From NCBI GenBank assembly GCA_963778655.1, contig CAVZVA010000009.1, positions 416,001 through 480,000 of the forward strand: DNA of 64,000 nt, written 5' to 3'. The notes beneath the pieces are model-generated. The model did no database searches. It was given only the letters and a program-made list of their open reading frames with translations, and was not told where the DNA came from. Below, in pieces: positions 29,847 through 40,087 of the stretch. The stretch comes from an uncultured delta proteobacterium (GTDB lineage: Bacteria; Myxococcota_A; Polyangia; Polyangiales; JAFGIB01). A program made the position numbers and the translations under genes. The stretch's first letter is position 1; every line of letters begins with the position of its first letter.

Positions 29847-30908
29847 TCAAATGCCGTAGAAGCGCAGGGCGTTGTCGCGCAGCAGCGCGCGCGGGGCCTG
29901 TGGTCCGCGCTCGGCCGCGAGTTGCGCGTAGGCCTCGAACAGCTGTGCATAGGGCAAGCTGACCTTGTCCATGGGGAAGTTCGAGGCGAAGAAGCAGCGC
30001 GCTTCGCCGAAGCAGTCGAGGGCGTGCCGCACGAACGGACCGAGCTTGTCCACCAGCTCCGCGAGCGAGGGCGGCTCCGCGCGCTTGTGGAAGCCGAAAC
30101 CCATGACGGGCATCGCCAGCCCGGAGATCTTGGCGTGCACGTTCTTGTGCTCGGCCACCCGCGCCAGCCCCTCGCGCCACGCGCCCGCGATCTGCGCGCG
30201 CTCGTCCTCGTTCAACCCTAGGTCCGCGACCGGGCCGCCTGCGGCCACGGGCGTGCCCAGGTGGTCGAGCACGATGGGTGCGTCGGGGAAGCGCGCGGCC
30301 AGCGCGGCCACGTCGTCCAGCTGGGTCGAGTACACCCACGCATCGAAGCGCAGGCCCTGGCCCGCCAGCTGCTCGAAGCCGCGCAAGAAATCCGCCTCCT
30401 GATACAAGTGCGGAAGCCGCGACCAGGCCATCACGTTGCGGTTGGTGTGGTGCGACGCCATGTGGCGGATGCCGCGGAGCTTGGGGCTCGCCTCGCGATG
30501 TGCGGCGAGCAACGCGTCGAGCTTCTTAGCGCGCAGGTCCGCGTGCGCCACGATCGCGCCTAGGTGCATCCCGGAAGCCTCGAAGTCCAGGCTCTCGAGC
30601 CAGCGTGTCTCGCCTGCCGGAGCGAGCGCGCCGATGCGCGCCCAGCCCGCCTCCACGTGCACCATGGTCTCGATGCGCAGCGGCGCGGCGCCTGCCGCAT
30701 GGTCGGCAGGCAGGTAGGGCGCGAGCATGTAGTCGGGCCGGCCCAAAAAGTCGCGCACCGGAGGCGGCGTCAGCGCGTTGGTGACCTTGCGGCACAGCTC
30801 GGGCCAACGGCCGAGCATTCGGACGAAGGGCGAGACGGCGCGCGGCGTGGTCCGCGGGTCCCACAGGTGCACGTGGGGATCGACCAGAGCGAAGTCCAGA
30901 GATGCCAT
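29847..30908 (-). CDS. Amidohydrolase family 2 protein (lactonase-like)
   Basis: DPHVHLWD, VHVEAG, LRGIRH, VLDHLG, AKISG, FASNFPMD. Confidence 0.88.
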   Translation of the reverse strand: MASLDFALVDPHVHLWDPRTTPRAVSPFVRMLGRWPELCRKVTNALTPPPVRDFLGRPDYMLAPYLPADHAAGAAPLRIETMVHVEAGWARIGALAPAGETRWLESLDFEASGMHLGAIVAHADLRAKKLDALLAAHREASPKLRGIRHMASHHTNRNVMAWSRLPHLYQEADFLRGFEQLAGQGLRFDAWVYSTQLDDVAALAARFPDAPIVLDHLGTPVAAGGPVADLGLNEDERAQIAGAWREGLARVAEHKNVHAKISGLAMPVMGFGFHKRAEPPSLAELVDKLGPFVRHALDCFGEARCFFASNFPMDKVSLPYAQLFEAYAQLAAERGPQAPRALLRDNALRFYGI

Positions 30909-31132
30909 GGGCCGGTAGCATGCCTCCGGCGGGCCGGTGCGAGCCAGCGCTTTTTTTCGCGTGCTGGCCGCTCGGGACGGCGCCCGGGCACCGGGCCGTC
31001 ACCCGGGCGTAGGCACTGTTCCGTTCGACTCGGGCTCAGCCGCGACCCTGGCTGCGGATGCGCGTCGACCAAGACCTGCGCGCGCCAGCGAGACTGGGAG
31101 TTCTCTCGGGTTTTCGGTACATTGCCTGGAGC

Positions 31133-32146
31133 ATGTCCGGTGCCCAGGGTGGCTTGCTCGTCCGTCGCGTCGGCATCGCGCTTGCCGCGTATCGCCCGCA
31201 GCCGGCCTTTCTCCGCGAGCAGCTTGCCTCGATTCAGCGCCAGACGTTTTCGAGCTGGAGTTGCTTGCTCTCGTTCGATTCTCCGCTGGCGGCGGTGCGA
31301 GAGGAGCCCGCGCTGCGCGAGTTTTTCGAGGACCCGCGCTTCGCGTGGCGTGAGAATCCCGAGCGCTTTGGGTACAGGAGGAACTTCGAGGCCACGATTC
31401 AAGCATTGGTGAGCACAGGCGTCGACGCGGTGGCGTGCTGCGATCAAGACGACGTGTGGGCCCCCGACAAGCTGGCGCGCAACGTCGAAGCGCTCGAGCG
31501 CAGCGGTCCACTATCGCTCGTGCACAGTGACATGTGGCTGATGACCGAGGACGGCATTCGTACCGAGCGCGCCTGGGCGTTCGAGCACCGCAGCACGCGT
31601 TCTGTCACGCCGTCGCAGCTCCTGGTGCGCAATGTGGTTTCTGGCTGCTCCATGCTCTTCGACGCCGAGCTCGCGCGCCGATTTCCGTGCCCGGACGAGG
31701 GCGTCGAGCACCACGACCACTGGTATGCGCTGGTCGCCTCGTTCTACGGCGGCGTGCATCCCATCGCCGATCGGCTTCTGGACTATCGGCAGCACGCGGA
31801 CAACGCGATCGGCGCGTCTCGGCTCGGCGGGCCGCTGCGCCTGCCACGCGAGCTGCGCACATGGCCGGTGCGCGGCGCTGCACGCAGTGCCGTGCAGCGT
31901 CAATGCCAGGCTTGGCAGAAGGTGCGCGCGCTGGCCAGAGCGGCGCTCTACGCGGGCTTGCCGCTGGATGATTTGCAGAAGCTCAGCTTCATATCGGAAC
32001 ACGACCGCGGTGCGGGCCTGTTCGCGCTGGGCCTCCGTGAGCTGCCGCGTGACCTGATGGTCGCGCGCGATTTATGGGCCCATGCCTTGGGCAAGCTGCT
32101 CAGCTCGACCGCGCCGGACACGAGCTCTGATGCTGGAGGCATGTGA
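31133..32146 (+). CDS. Glycosyltransferase family 2 (rhamnosyltransferase-like)
   Basis: LREQLASI, NFE, CDQDDVW.PDKL, HDHW, YRQH.DN. Confidence 0.88.
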   Translation: MSGAQGGLLVRRVGIALAAYRPQPAFLREQLASIQRQTFSSWSCLLSFDSPLAAVREEPALREFFEDPRFAWRENPERFGYRRNFEATIQALVSTGVDAVACCDQDDVWAPDKLARNVEALERSGPLSLVHSDMWLMTEDGIRTERAWAFEHRSTRSVTPSQLLVRNVVSGCSMLFDAELARRFPCPDEGVEHHDHWYALVASFYGGVHPIADRLLDYRQHADNAIGASRLGGPLRLPRELRTWPVRGAARSAVQRQCQAWQKVRALARAALYAGLPLDDLQKLSFISEHDRGAGLFALGLRELPRDLMVARDLWAHALGKLLSSTAPDTSSDAGGM

Positions 32147-33501
32147 GCTCCTTGATCGCCGTGGCCTCCCGTATCCGCGCCGCGCTGCAGGCGCGTCTCG
32201 GCGGGGAGCTGGCCGATCTGATGGCGCGTGCCGCCGGAGGCACCTTTGCGCTCAAGGCATTTGCGGTCGCGCTGGGTTTCACGATTTCGGTGGTGCTGGC
32301 GCGTGCGCTGGGACCTGCTGGACTCGGCGTTTTGACGCTCGCCAACACCTGGATCGGCTTCCTGGCGGTACCTGCGTGCCTGGGCATGGACAATCTGCTG
32401 GTGCGCTACGTCGCGATCTACCAACAGGAGGGTTCTTGGCAGAGCTTGCGCGGTCTCGTGCGCTGGTCTCTTGGTGTTGTCGGTCTGCTCGCGTGTGCCC
32501 TTGCGACGTTGGCCGCCGTGCTGGCTTGGGCGTTCGTCCCCAACCGGTTGCTGCTCCACACCTTCTGGCTCGCGCTGCTCGGCTTTCCCGCGGGTGTGCT
32601 CTTGATACTCGGCATCTCCATCATGCGAGGCCTTCACCGCGTCGTACTGGCTCAGGTCCCGCAGAACCTGGCGGGGCCGGCGGTTCTGCTGGGTATGGTG
32701 CTACTCGCTCGTGGGTTGCTTGCAGGACCTCTGCAGCCCACCCACGTGGCCGCGATCCAGGTCGTCACTTCCTGGCTGACGCTTGCGCTCGGCTCGTGGC
32801 TGCTGATTCGATCACTGCCACGCCAGTTGAAGCTGGCGGAACCGACGTTCGAATCGCGCCATTGGCTGCGGGCCGCGACCCCGCTCCTCTTCATCACGCT
32901 GCTCTGGTTTCTCAGCGGGCAGACCGACTTGCTGATGCTGGGTGCCCTGCGTTCGGCCCGCGAGGTGGGGCTGTACACGTCGGCGGTAAGACTCTCTGCA
33001 TTCGTCAGCTCACCGCTGCTCGTTGCCAACCTCGCGCTCGCCCCGATCATTGCGCAGCTCCACAGCACCGGGCAGCTCGACCGCCTGCAACGTGGCCTTG
33101 TGAAGACTGCGAGGGTTGTCACCGCCATCTCACTCCCCGTAGCGCTGGTGCTCATGGTCTTGGCTGCGCCGGCCCTGCGGTTGTTCGGGTCCGAGTATCA
33201 GGTAGCACGGAACGCCTTGCGCGTTCTGGTCCTGGGCCACGTGGTCAATGTGCTCAGCGGGTCGGTGGGTCAGGTCTTGATGATGACTGGACACGGCCGC
33301 GACGCCGCAACCGGGTTGGCGTTGGGCAGCGCGGCCAACGTGGCGCTCAACGCGGCGTTGATCCCGACCTGGGGCATCGAAGGCGCGGCGCTCTCGAGCG
33401 CGCTCTCGACGACCATCTGGAACGTCTTCCTCGTCTGGAGAGCTCGCCGTCGATTGAACGTGTGGACGAGCGCATTCGCTCCACTCGCGCCCCGCGAATA
33501 G
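32143..33501 (+). CDS. wzx: Polysaccharide flippase (Wzx)
   Basis: LARALGPAGLG, TDLLMLG...VGLY, LFGSEY, LNAALIPTWGIEGAA; many TM segments. Confidence 0.88.
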   Translation: MSSLIAVASRIRAALQARLGGELADLMARAAGGTFALKAFAVALGFTISVVLARALGPAGLGVLTLANTWIGFLAVPACLGMDNLLVRYVAIYQQEGSWQSLRGLVRWSLGVVGLLACALATLAAVLAWAFVPNRLLLHTFWLALLGFPAGVLLILGISIMRGLHRVVLAQVPQNLAGPAVLLGMVLLARGLLAGPLQPTHVAAIQVVTSWLTLALGSWLLIRSLPRQLKLAEPTFESRHWLRAATPLLFITLLWFLSGQTDLLMLGALRSAREVGLYTSAVRLSAFVSSPLLVANLALAPIIAQLHSTGQLDRLQRGLVKTARVVTAISLPVALVLMVLAAPALRLFGSEYQVARNALRVLVLGHVVNVLSGSVGQVLMMTGHGRDAATGLALGSAANVALNAALIPTWGIEGAALSSALSTTIWNVFLVWRARRRLNVWTSAFAPLAPRE

Positions 33502-33533
33502 GCGAGGGCCGCCGAAAAAGGGCGAAACCCGAG

Positions 33534-34715
33534 TCAGAGCAGCGAGCGGATCACCTGGAGCAGCTGTGGGCCGGTCGTGGCCAACGTGCATTTGCGCAGG
33601 GTTTGCGCGCGTCCTTGACCGCCGAGCTTGCTACGCAGCGCAGCGTCGTCCGCCAGCCGCACGACCTGCTCGGCGAACGCGTTCACGTCGAGATACGGCG
33701 CGACCAGGCCGCATTGGTCCTTCACGAATGCGGGCATGCCACCACTGTCAGCAAAGCACACGATGGGGAGCTCCATCGCAGCAGCCTCGAGACACACCAG
33801 CGGATAGGGATCCTCGCGCGACAAGAGCCCAAACGCGTCGAAGCTTGCGTAGAGCTCGAACGGATCGGCGACTTCCCCCGTGGCATGGAAGAATGGGGCC
33901 ATACCACTCACGGCGAGGTCGCGTTCCAGTGTAAGCCGCTCCTCGTCGCTACCCAGCGGCCCGACCCACACGAAGTGCATGTCGCTGCGCCCGAGGCGCC
34001 GGCGGAGCTCGAGCAAGAGCTGCGGCACCAGATCCTTGCCCTTGCGCCACGTGTCCGCGCCGGACCCGCCCACGACGAATGCACCGTCAGGAATGCCGAG
34101 GCGCCTGCGCGCGGCGGCGCGCAGCTCTGCGCTGGGCACGGCCGGCACCGTTCCCAGGTGCGCGTGCACAACGGTGATCTTGTCTTTGGCAATTCCGTGT
34201 TGCTGCGTGAGGCAATCGAATACGGCGCCCGAGGCGGCGACGTACCTGGTGGAATGCGCCTTGACGCGCTGCAGATTGCGCTCGCCGAAGGTACGGATCA
34301 CGTAGGATAGCTCGTGCACGTGTGTCACGACCGGCAAGTGGGCGTGTGCCAACGCGGCTAGCACGTCGCCATTGGTGATCGTGTTGGAGTAGACGAGATC
34401 GTAGGAGCCCGCGCGGGCGCTGCGCACTGCACGCGCGTGGACGAGCGCGCGTAGCGCGCTGCGCGGGAGGCTCGGCAGCAAGCGCGAGGCGAGCGTCCGG
34501 GCCTGCGCTCGAAGCTCTGGCGCGCCCACGCCGATGGTCGTGCACGGACCCAGCTCGCGGAATTGCCCCTCGAGAGGTCCGCCGCGTCGAAGGATGGTGC
34601 CGAGCTCGAAATCCGTATTTGCGCGCAACCAACGCATGAAGCTGAGCAGCACGATGGGCGCTCCGGTCCGCGTGGCCTCGTGCGAGACGAACAGGATTCT
34701 CGGGTTGCGGGGCAA
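33534..34715 (-). CDS. Glycosyltransferase family 4
   Basis: LFVSHEATRTGAP, HVHE, RKG.D, SREDPYPLVCLEAAA. Confidence 0.9.
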   Translation of the reverse strand: MPRNPRILFVSHEATRTGAPIVLLSFMRWLRANTDFELGTILRRGGPLEGQFRELGPCTTIGVGAPELRAQARTLASRLLPSLPRSALRALVHARAVRSARAGSYDLVYSNTITNGDVLAALAHAHLPVVTHVHELSYVIRTFGERNLQRVKAHSTRYVAASGAVFDCLTQQHGIAKDKITVVHAHLGTVPAVPSAELRAAARRRLGIPDGAFVVGGSGADTWRKGKDLVPQLLLELRRRLGRSDMHFVWVGPLGSDEERLTLERDLAVSGMAPFFHATGEVADPFELYASFDAFGLLSREDPYPLVCLEAAAMELPIVCFADSGGMPAFVKDQCGLVAPYLDVNAFAEQVVRLADDAALRSKLGGQGRAQTLRKCTLATTGPQLLQVIRSLL

Positions 34716-35025
34716 GTGTGTCTTCCTATCGGCGCGTGCTCTGACCGAGGGATATTGAGGTGGGGTCCCGGCACTTTGGCTGCGGACCCTGCGGGTCTTG
34801 AGGCGAAAGGGGACGCGTGCCCCTTCCGGTCACAGCGCTGGGCGCGTAGGATCGCTGGTCCGGCCAGTGCTGGCAACCCTTGCACGCGGCGGGCGTGCAC
34901 GCCGTGGCCCCGTCGCCAGCGCGGTGCCCGTTTTCCAGCGTCCTGGGTTACTATCGAGCGATTGTCCGCCGAGCGTTGGGCTGTGGCGGCAGACGCGGCT
35001 GAATGGAGCTGCGACGGAGCGCCCG

Positions 35026-35742
35026 ATGAATCTCCACGACGAGTTCATCGACATCCCCCTCGATTGCAAGCACATCCACCTGTATCCGGTGCGAGCAGGG
35101 ATCGTGCGGGCGCTGCGCGAGAGCCTGCCCGAGATGCGCGGCACGGTGCTCGACGTCGGCTGTGGTCACTCACCCTATCGCGAGCTACTGCTGTCCGCGC
35201 CGCGTGCCACGCGCTACGTCGGCCTCGATCTCGCCGATCACCGCTCCTACGAGAATTCGCCCGATCTGGTTTGGGACGGCAAGACCATTCCGCTCGCTGA
35301 TCGCTCGGTGGAAACCATCGTTGCGACCGAGGTTCTCGAGCACGTCCCTGATCCGCAAGCGCACCTCGCCGAGTTGTACCGGGTGCTCGAGCCGAACGGG
35401 AAGGTCTTCGCGTCGGTGCCGTTCTTCTGGATGCTTCACGAGGTGCCGCACGACGAGTTCCGCTACACGCCCTTCTCGCTCGAGCGCCTGTTTCGCGGAG
35501 CAGGCTTCGAGCACGTGGACGTGCGCGCTCTCAACGGTTGGAACGCCAGCCTGGTGCAGATGTACGCGAACTGGGTGACGTTCGGCGACGAGAACCGCTA
35601 TCTGCGTAAGCTCAGCCTTCGAGCGCTGTTCCCGTTGCTCAAGCTGCTGCTGCGACGCGACCGCACGCCGGAGAGCTTTGCCACCGGCCAGATGACGACG
35701 GGCTTCTTCTGCGTCGCGTCGAAGCCAGCCGACCTGGGATAG
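35026..35742 (+). CDS. Class I SAM-dependent methyltransferase
   Basis: VLDVGCG..PY, TEVLEHV, HEVPHDEFRYT. Confidence 0.88.
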   Translation: MNLHDEFIDIPLDCKHIHLYPVRAGIVRALRESLPEMRGTVLDVGCGHSPYRELLLSAPRATRYVGLDLADHRSYENSPDLVWDGKTIPLADRSVETIVATEVLEHVPDPQAHLAELYRVLEPNGKVFASVPFFWMLHEVPHDEFRYTPFSLERLFRGAGFEHVDVRALNGWNASLVQMYANWVTFGDENRYLRKLSLRALFPLLKLLLRRDRTPESFATGQMTTGFFCVASKPADLG

Positions 35743-35843
35743 TGCGGACGCAGGCCGCGCGGGCATGCGTGGCCCGACTGTGGTCGCGCCACCGACATTA
35801 GGGTTTGGCGAGCTGGGGCCTCCGGCAGGCAGCGTGCACCGTA

Positions 35844-35873
35844 TTGGCGCTGCCGGCGTTCGGTGACCATAAT
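35844..35873 (+). promoter_or_regulatory. Possible sigma70 promoter for the wbqC operon
   Basis: TTGGCG-N18-CATAAT upstream of ATG 35901. Confidence 0.3.
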
Positions 35874-35900
35874 AGCTACCGCCTGGCACTTCGCGCGCCG

Positions 35901-36674
35901 ATGGGCTCCACCACCACCAATCCGCATGGGCCTCCCAGCCGATCCGCGTATGTCGGCAAGCGCCTGGGAATCATGCAGCCTTACTTCTTCCCCTACCTCG
36001 GATACTTCGGGCTGATCGCGAGCACCGATCGTTGGATCGTTTTCGATCCAGTCCAGTACATCCGCAAGGGGTGGATGAATCGGAACCGTGTTCTAAAGGC
36101 GGGCGGCGGCGAGAAGCTCGTCGGCGTGTCGGTGGCAGCTCACGCGCGCGAGACGCGAATCAAGGACATGCGGCTCGCGCCAGATCCGCGTCGGTTCGAC
36201 GTCTTCGTTCGTCAACTGGACGCGTACAAGCTGGCGCGCGCGCCTTTTTACGACGAAGTCGTCGCTCTGCTACGGGATTGCTTCGACACCACGACCGATG
36301 CCCTCGTGCCGTTCTTGGTGCGGTGTCTCGACCTCACGTGCGCGCACATCGGCATTCCGCTTCGCTACGAGATCTACTCGCAAATGGAGCTGAGCCACCC
36401 GGAGCCCACGCATCCCATGGAGTGGTCGCTGTTCACCTGCGTGGCCCTCGGCGTCTCGGAATACCTGAACCCACCGGGTGGTCGCACGTTCTTCGACGCG
36501 AGGCGCTTTTCCGAGGCAGGTGTGAGGCTCCGGTTCTACGAGCAGGAGCTCCCCGCTTATGAGCAAGGCAGGCGGCCGTTCGTTGCCGGGCTGTCGGTCA
36601 TCGACGCGATGATGTTCAATACCCCGGAGCAAATCCGTGCGATGCTCATGCAACATAGGGTTTGCGACGGATGA
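35901..36674 (+). CDS. wbqC: WbqC family protein
   Basis: IMQPYFFPYLGYF, QYIRKGWMNRNR, YLNPPGG, Y.Q....F..GLSVID.MMFN. Confidence 0.9.
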   Translation: MGSTTTNPHGPPSRSAYVGKRLGIMQPYFFPYLGYFGLIASTDRWIVFDPVQYIRKGWMNRNRVLKAGGGEKLVGVSVAAHARETRIKDMRLAPDPRRFDVFVRQLDAYKLARAPFYDEVVALLRDCFDTTTDALVPFLVRCLDLTCAHIGIPLRYEIYSQMELSHPEPTHPMEWSLFTCVALGVSEYLNPPGGRTFFDARRFSEAGVRLRFYEQELPAYEQGRRPFVAGLSVIDAMMFNTPEQIRAMLMQHRVCDG

Positions 36675-37609
36675 TCGCGCGTACCGCCACCGACAAGTCG
36701 CGTTTCGCTCTGAGAGCGGCGTTCACGTCGTCGGCGCGCGTCGCTTGGAGGCTCATCCTCGAGCGCACGGAGTTCCCCGCGGGCTCGTCCGCTTTGCTCC
36801 CGGCCTACATCGGCATAACCGATCGCGAGGGGTCTGGCATCAGCGACCCGATCGAGACAACCCGAACGCCGTATCAGCTATACAGACTGGGTGAGCGCCT
36901 GCAGGTCGACCTCGATCTCATCGAGACGCTGTTGCGTACTGGGCGCCACCCGTTGATGCTGGTCGCTCACTACTTCGGGATGACCCATGTTGACCTCTTG
37001 GAGCTGCGTGCGCTGTGCGATCGGTACGGAACCATCCTGGTGGAAGACTGCGCTCACGTTTCCGGGCTGTGGCCAGGATCGGGGGGGCCGGGAGCGATCG
37101 GCCATGCTGCCTTCTACAGCTTGCACAAGTCGATCGCGGTAGCCACGGGGGGAATGTTGCGACTGAACGATGCCAGCTTTGAGCTGCCGCAGCCATCGGG
37201 CTCGGATCGCTGTGCACTTGAGGTGCTCGAGCAGCTGGCACGAAGCGATCTGGCGGCGGTGACCGCTGCGCGTCGCGCCAACTACCAGTGGCTCGCAGCC
37301 CGCCTGGCTGCGACACCGGGCATGACGGTGCTGTACCCCGACCTCGGTGGGGCGGCTCCCCACGACTTCCCGATACGAATCCACAACGGCCTGCGCGAGC
37401 GGCTCTACTTTGCCCTCATGGAGGAGGGCTTGCCGACGATTGCCCTGTACTATCGCTTGATCGACGCGATCGACGCTGAGGCGTTCCCCGCAAGCCACGC
37501 ACTGTCCCGGAGCATCCTCAACCTACCCGTGCACCAGGACACATCCATCGAGGACTTGGAACGCCTCGTCGAGCGCCTCACCTACCACCTCGAGCGGCTC
37601 GCGGCATGA
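36671..37609 (+). CDS. Short DegT/DnrJ/EryC1/StrS-fold PLP protein
   Basis: LLPAYI, AHYFG, VEDCAH, FYSLHK, ILNLPVHQ. Confidence 0.75.
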   Translation: MIARTATDKSRFALRAAFTSSARVAWRLILERTEFPAGSSALLPAYIGITDREGSGISDPIETTRTPYQLYRLGERLQVDLDLIETLLRTGRHPLMLVAHYFGMTHVDLLELRALCDRYGTILVEDCAHVSGLWPGSGGPGAIGHAAFYSLHKSIAVATGGMLRLNDASFELPQPSGSDRCALEVLEQLARSDLAAVTAARRANYQWLAARLAATPGMTVLYPDLGGAAPHDFPIRIHNGLRERLYFALMEEGLPTIALYYRLIDAIDAEAFPASHALSRSILNLPVHQDTSIEDLERLVERLTYHLERLAA

Positions 37610-38559
37610 AAGCGATCGGCGGCTTTTTCGAGCTAGAGCAACGGCCCACCCATGCGGGACCCCATCCGCGCGCGCTCGCGCTGAGCACCGGCCGTGCTTG
37701 CATGATGGTGATGCTCCGCCATCTGCGGCCGCGTCGGGTTTTCGTTCCGTTCTACACCTGCGACGCCGCGTTGCAGCCGTTCCGCCAGCTAGATATCCCG
37801 CTGGTCTACTATTCGCTCGACGAGCGCTTGTTTCCGCGCGATGTCGCCGGCCTCGGCGGCGGCGAGCTCGTGCTTTGGACCGACTACTTCGGCGTGTGCT
37901 CCTCCCAGCTCGAGCAGCTCAAGCGCAGGTTCGCCGACCGCCTGCTGATCGACGACACGCACGCCTTCTTTCGCGAGGGGACAGCCGGCTTCTGGTCATT
38001 CACTTCGGCCCGCAAGTACTTCGGCGTGCCGGACGGGGCGTACCTGTATGCGCCGGTCGAGCTTAGCGTCGACGCCGAACGCTTCACCGGGGCGTCGCTG
38101 ACACACGCAGCGCTGCGTACGCTCGGGCTGCAGGAGGAGGGCTTTGCGGCATACAAGGCTTACGAACACTCGCTCGATTGCAGCGTACGTCGGATCAGCG
38201 CGATTAGCGAAGCCCTGCTCGGAACAATTGACTTCGCGCGCGTCGTGGAGGCGCGATGCAGGAACTTTGCGTACATGCACGCGCGTCTGGGACCGCGCAA
38301 TTGTTTCCCATTGCCGAGCACGCTCGACGCCGTGCCGTTCTGCTATCCGTATCTGCCGGCACGGGCGGTCGATCGTCGCCTGCTGCACGCGCAAGACGTT
38401 TTCGTCCCGACGCTCTGGCCGGACGCGGCTGCGCGCCCGGACCCGGGATTCGAGTGGGAACGACGGTTGTGCGCCGAGCTACTGCCCTTGCCGATCGACC
38501 ACCGCTATACTCCGGCCGATCTGGAACGGGTCGCGGACCAGTTGGAGGCTTGGTCATGA
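37606..38559 (+). CDS. Divergent DegT-fold PLP protein
   Basis: MKAIGGFFELE, TGRA, PFYTC, DYFG, IDDTHAF, SARKYFGVPDG, LPLPIDHRY. Confidence 0.72.
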   Translation: MKAIGGFFELEQRPTHAGPHPRALALSTGRACMMVMLRHLRPRRVFVPFYTCDAALQPFRQLDIPLVYYSLDERLFPRDVAGLGGGELVLWTDYFGVCSSQLEQLKRRFADRLLIDDTHAFFREGTAGFWSFTSARKYFGVPDGAYLYAPVELSVDAERFTGASLTHAALRTLGLQEEGFAAYKAYEHSLDCSVRRISAISEALLGTIDFARVVEARCRNFAYMHARLGPRNCFPLPSTLDAVPFCYPYLPARAVDRRLLHAQDVFVPTLWPDAAARPDPGFEWERRLCAELLPLPIDHRYTPADLERVADQLEAWS

Positions 38560-39248
38560 GCAACGCGCGCTGGGTCGAATTCTGGACCCGCCACGGGCAG
38601 TCGAGCGCTGAGGCCGACGAGCAGACGCAGGTCTTGCGGACCTTCAACAAACAGCCGGTCACGCCCGAGCGCTGGCGGTTTACGTTGGCCGACCTAGAGG
38701 GCAAGCTTCCCGTCGGGCCCGACGACGACTTGCTCGATCTCGGCTGCGGCAACGGTCTGTTGACCGAACACTTCGCATCGCGCTGCCGCTCGGTGACGTC
38801 GGTCGACGTGAGCGGTGGGCTGCTCGAACGGCTGGAGCGGCGCGCTCTGCCCAACGTGCGGACGCTCCACTGCGACATGCGTCGAGTCGCGTTTGCAGAC
38901 GCAAGCTTCTCCCGGGTCCTTATGTACGCATCCATCCAGTACCTCGCAGAGAGCGAGACCGTGATGCTCTTCCGAGCGCTGTCGCGTTGGCTGCGGCCCT
39001 CAGGGTTGTTGTTCGTGGGCGACGTGCCGGATCGCGATCGGCTGTGGAGCTTCTACGACACGGCGGAGCGTCGTTCGCTCTATTTCACGAACCTCGTCGC
39101 GGACCGCGACGTGGTGGGGACCTGGTACCAAGGCGAGTGGCTGCGGCGCCTAGCCGCCGATGCGGGGTTTGCGGAAGCGGAGGTCATCCCGCAGCCGAAG
39201 GAGCTGATCTACTCGCACTTCCGCTTCGACCTGCGAGCGCGCCGATGA
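38556..39248 (+). CDS. Class I SAM-dependent methyltransferase
   Basis: LLDLGCGNG, IQYL, LRPSGLLFVGDVPD; ATGA overlap. Confidence 0.85.
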   Translation: MSNARWVEFWTRHGQSSAEADEQTQVLRTFNKQPVTPERWRFTLADLEGKLPVGPDDDLLDLGCGNGLLTEHFASRCRSVTSVDVSGGLLERLERRALPNVRTLHCDMRRVAFADASFSRVLMYASIQYLAESETVMLFRALSRWLRPSGLLFVGDVPDRDRLWSFYDTAERRSLYFTNLVADRDVVGTWYQGEWLRRLAADAGFAEAEVIPQPKELIYSHFRFDLRARR

Positions 39249-40087
39249 TGGAGCCGCGAAGCGTGACTTATTTGGCCGGGGTCGCGCGCAGCGGAACGAG
39301 CTGGATCGGGCAGGTGTTCAACAGCTCTCCCGACGTGTGTTTTCGCTTTCAGCCGCTGTTTGCCTACGAGCTCAAGAACCATGTAAACGAGGACAGCCCC
39401 GGCTCCGCATACGAGCAACTGTTTCGCGACATGATGGCGGCGGACACGCCGTTTCTGACGCAGGCCGACAAGCTGGCCAGCGGGGAGTATCCGCGGTTTG
39501 CGAAGGCGGCGACGCCGCGAGACCTGGTGTTCAAAGAGAACCGTTACCAGAGCATGCTCGAGCCCATGTTGCGGCGCGTTCCATCCTTGAAGGCTATCGG
39601 GATCATCCGTCACCCATGCGCCGTCCTCAACTCGTGGCGAAAGAACCCCAAGGAGTTTCCACCCGGCAGCGAGCTTTTGGCCGAGTGGCGCTTCGCCAAT
39701 TGCAAGAACAAAGGCGACGAAGACTACTTCGGCTATTACAAGTGGAAGGAGGTCGCGAACCTGTACCTGGACCTGGAGCAGCAATACCCGGACCGCTTCA
39801 GGCTGTTGCGGTACGAAGACGCCGTGGCGGCCCCAGAAGCGGCGTTCGTTGACCTGTTTCGCTTCGCCGGCATCGCGTACGTCGAGCAGACCCGAGATTT
39901 CCTCGAGCGCAGCCGGCGCGCTCACTCCGAAAGCTACTACGCCGTGTTCAAGGACGTCAGCGTGGTGAACAAGTGGCGCGGGGAGCTCGACCAGTACATC
40001 ATATCGGAGATCGCGGCCGACCTTCGGGGAACGCGGCTCGAGCGCTTCGCGTCGACACCCGGCTGCGTCGAGGATTCACGCCTGTGA
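39245..40087 (+). CDS. PAPS-dependent sulfotransferase family protein
   Basis: 5'-PSB loop GVARSGTSW, 3'-PB IIRHPCAVLNS, LRYED, KWR. Confidence 0.85.
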   Translation: MMEPRSVTYLAGVARSGTSWIGQVFNSSPDVCFRFQPLFAYELKNHVNEDSPGSAYEQLFRDMMAADTPFLTQADKLASGEYPRFAKAATPRDLVFKENRYQSMLEPMLRRVPSLKAIGIIRHPCAVLNSWRKNPKEFPPGSELLAEWRFANCKNKGDEDYFGYYKWKEVANLYLDLEQQYPDRFRLLRYEDAVAAPEAAFVDLFRFAGIAYVEQTRDFLERSRRAHSESYYAVFKDVSVVNKWRGELDQYIISEIAADLRGTRLERFASTPGCVEDSRL

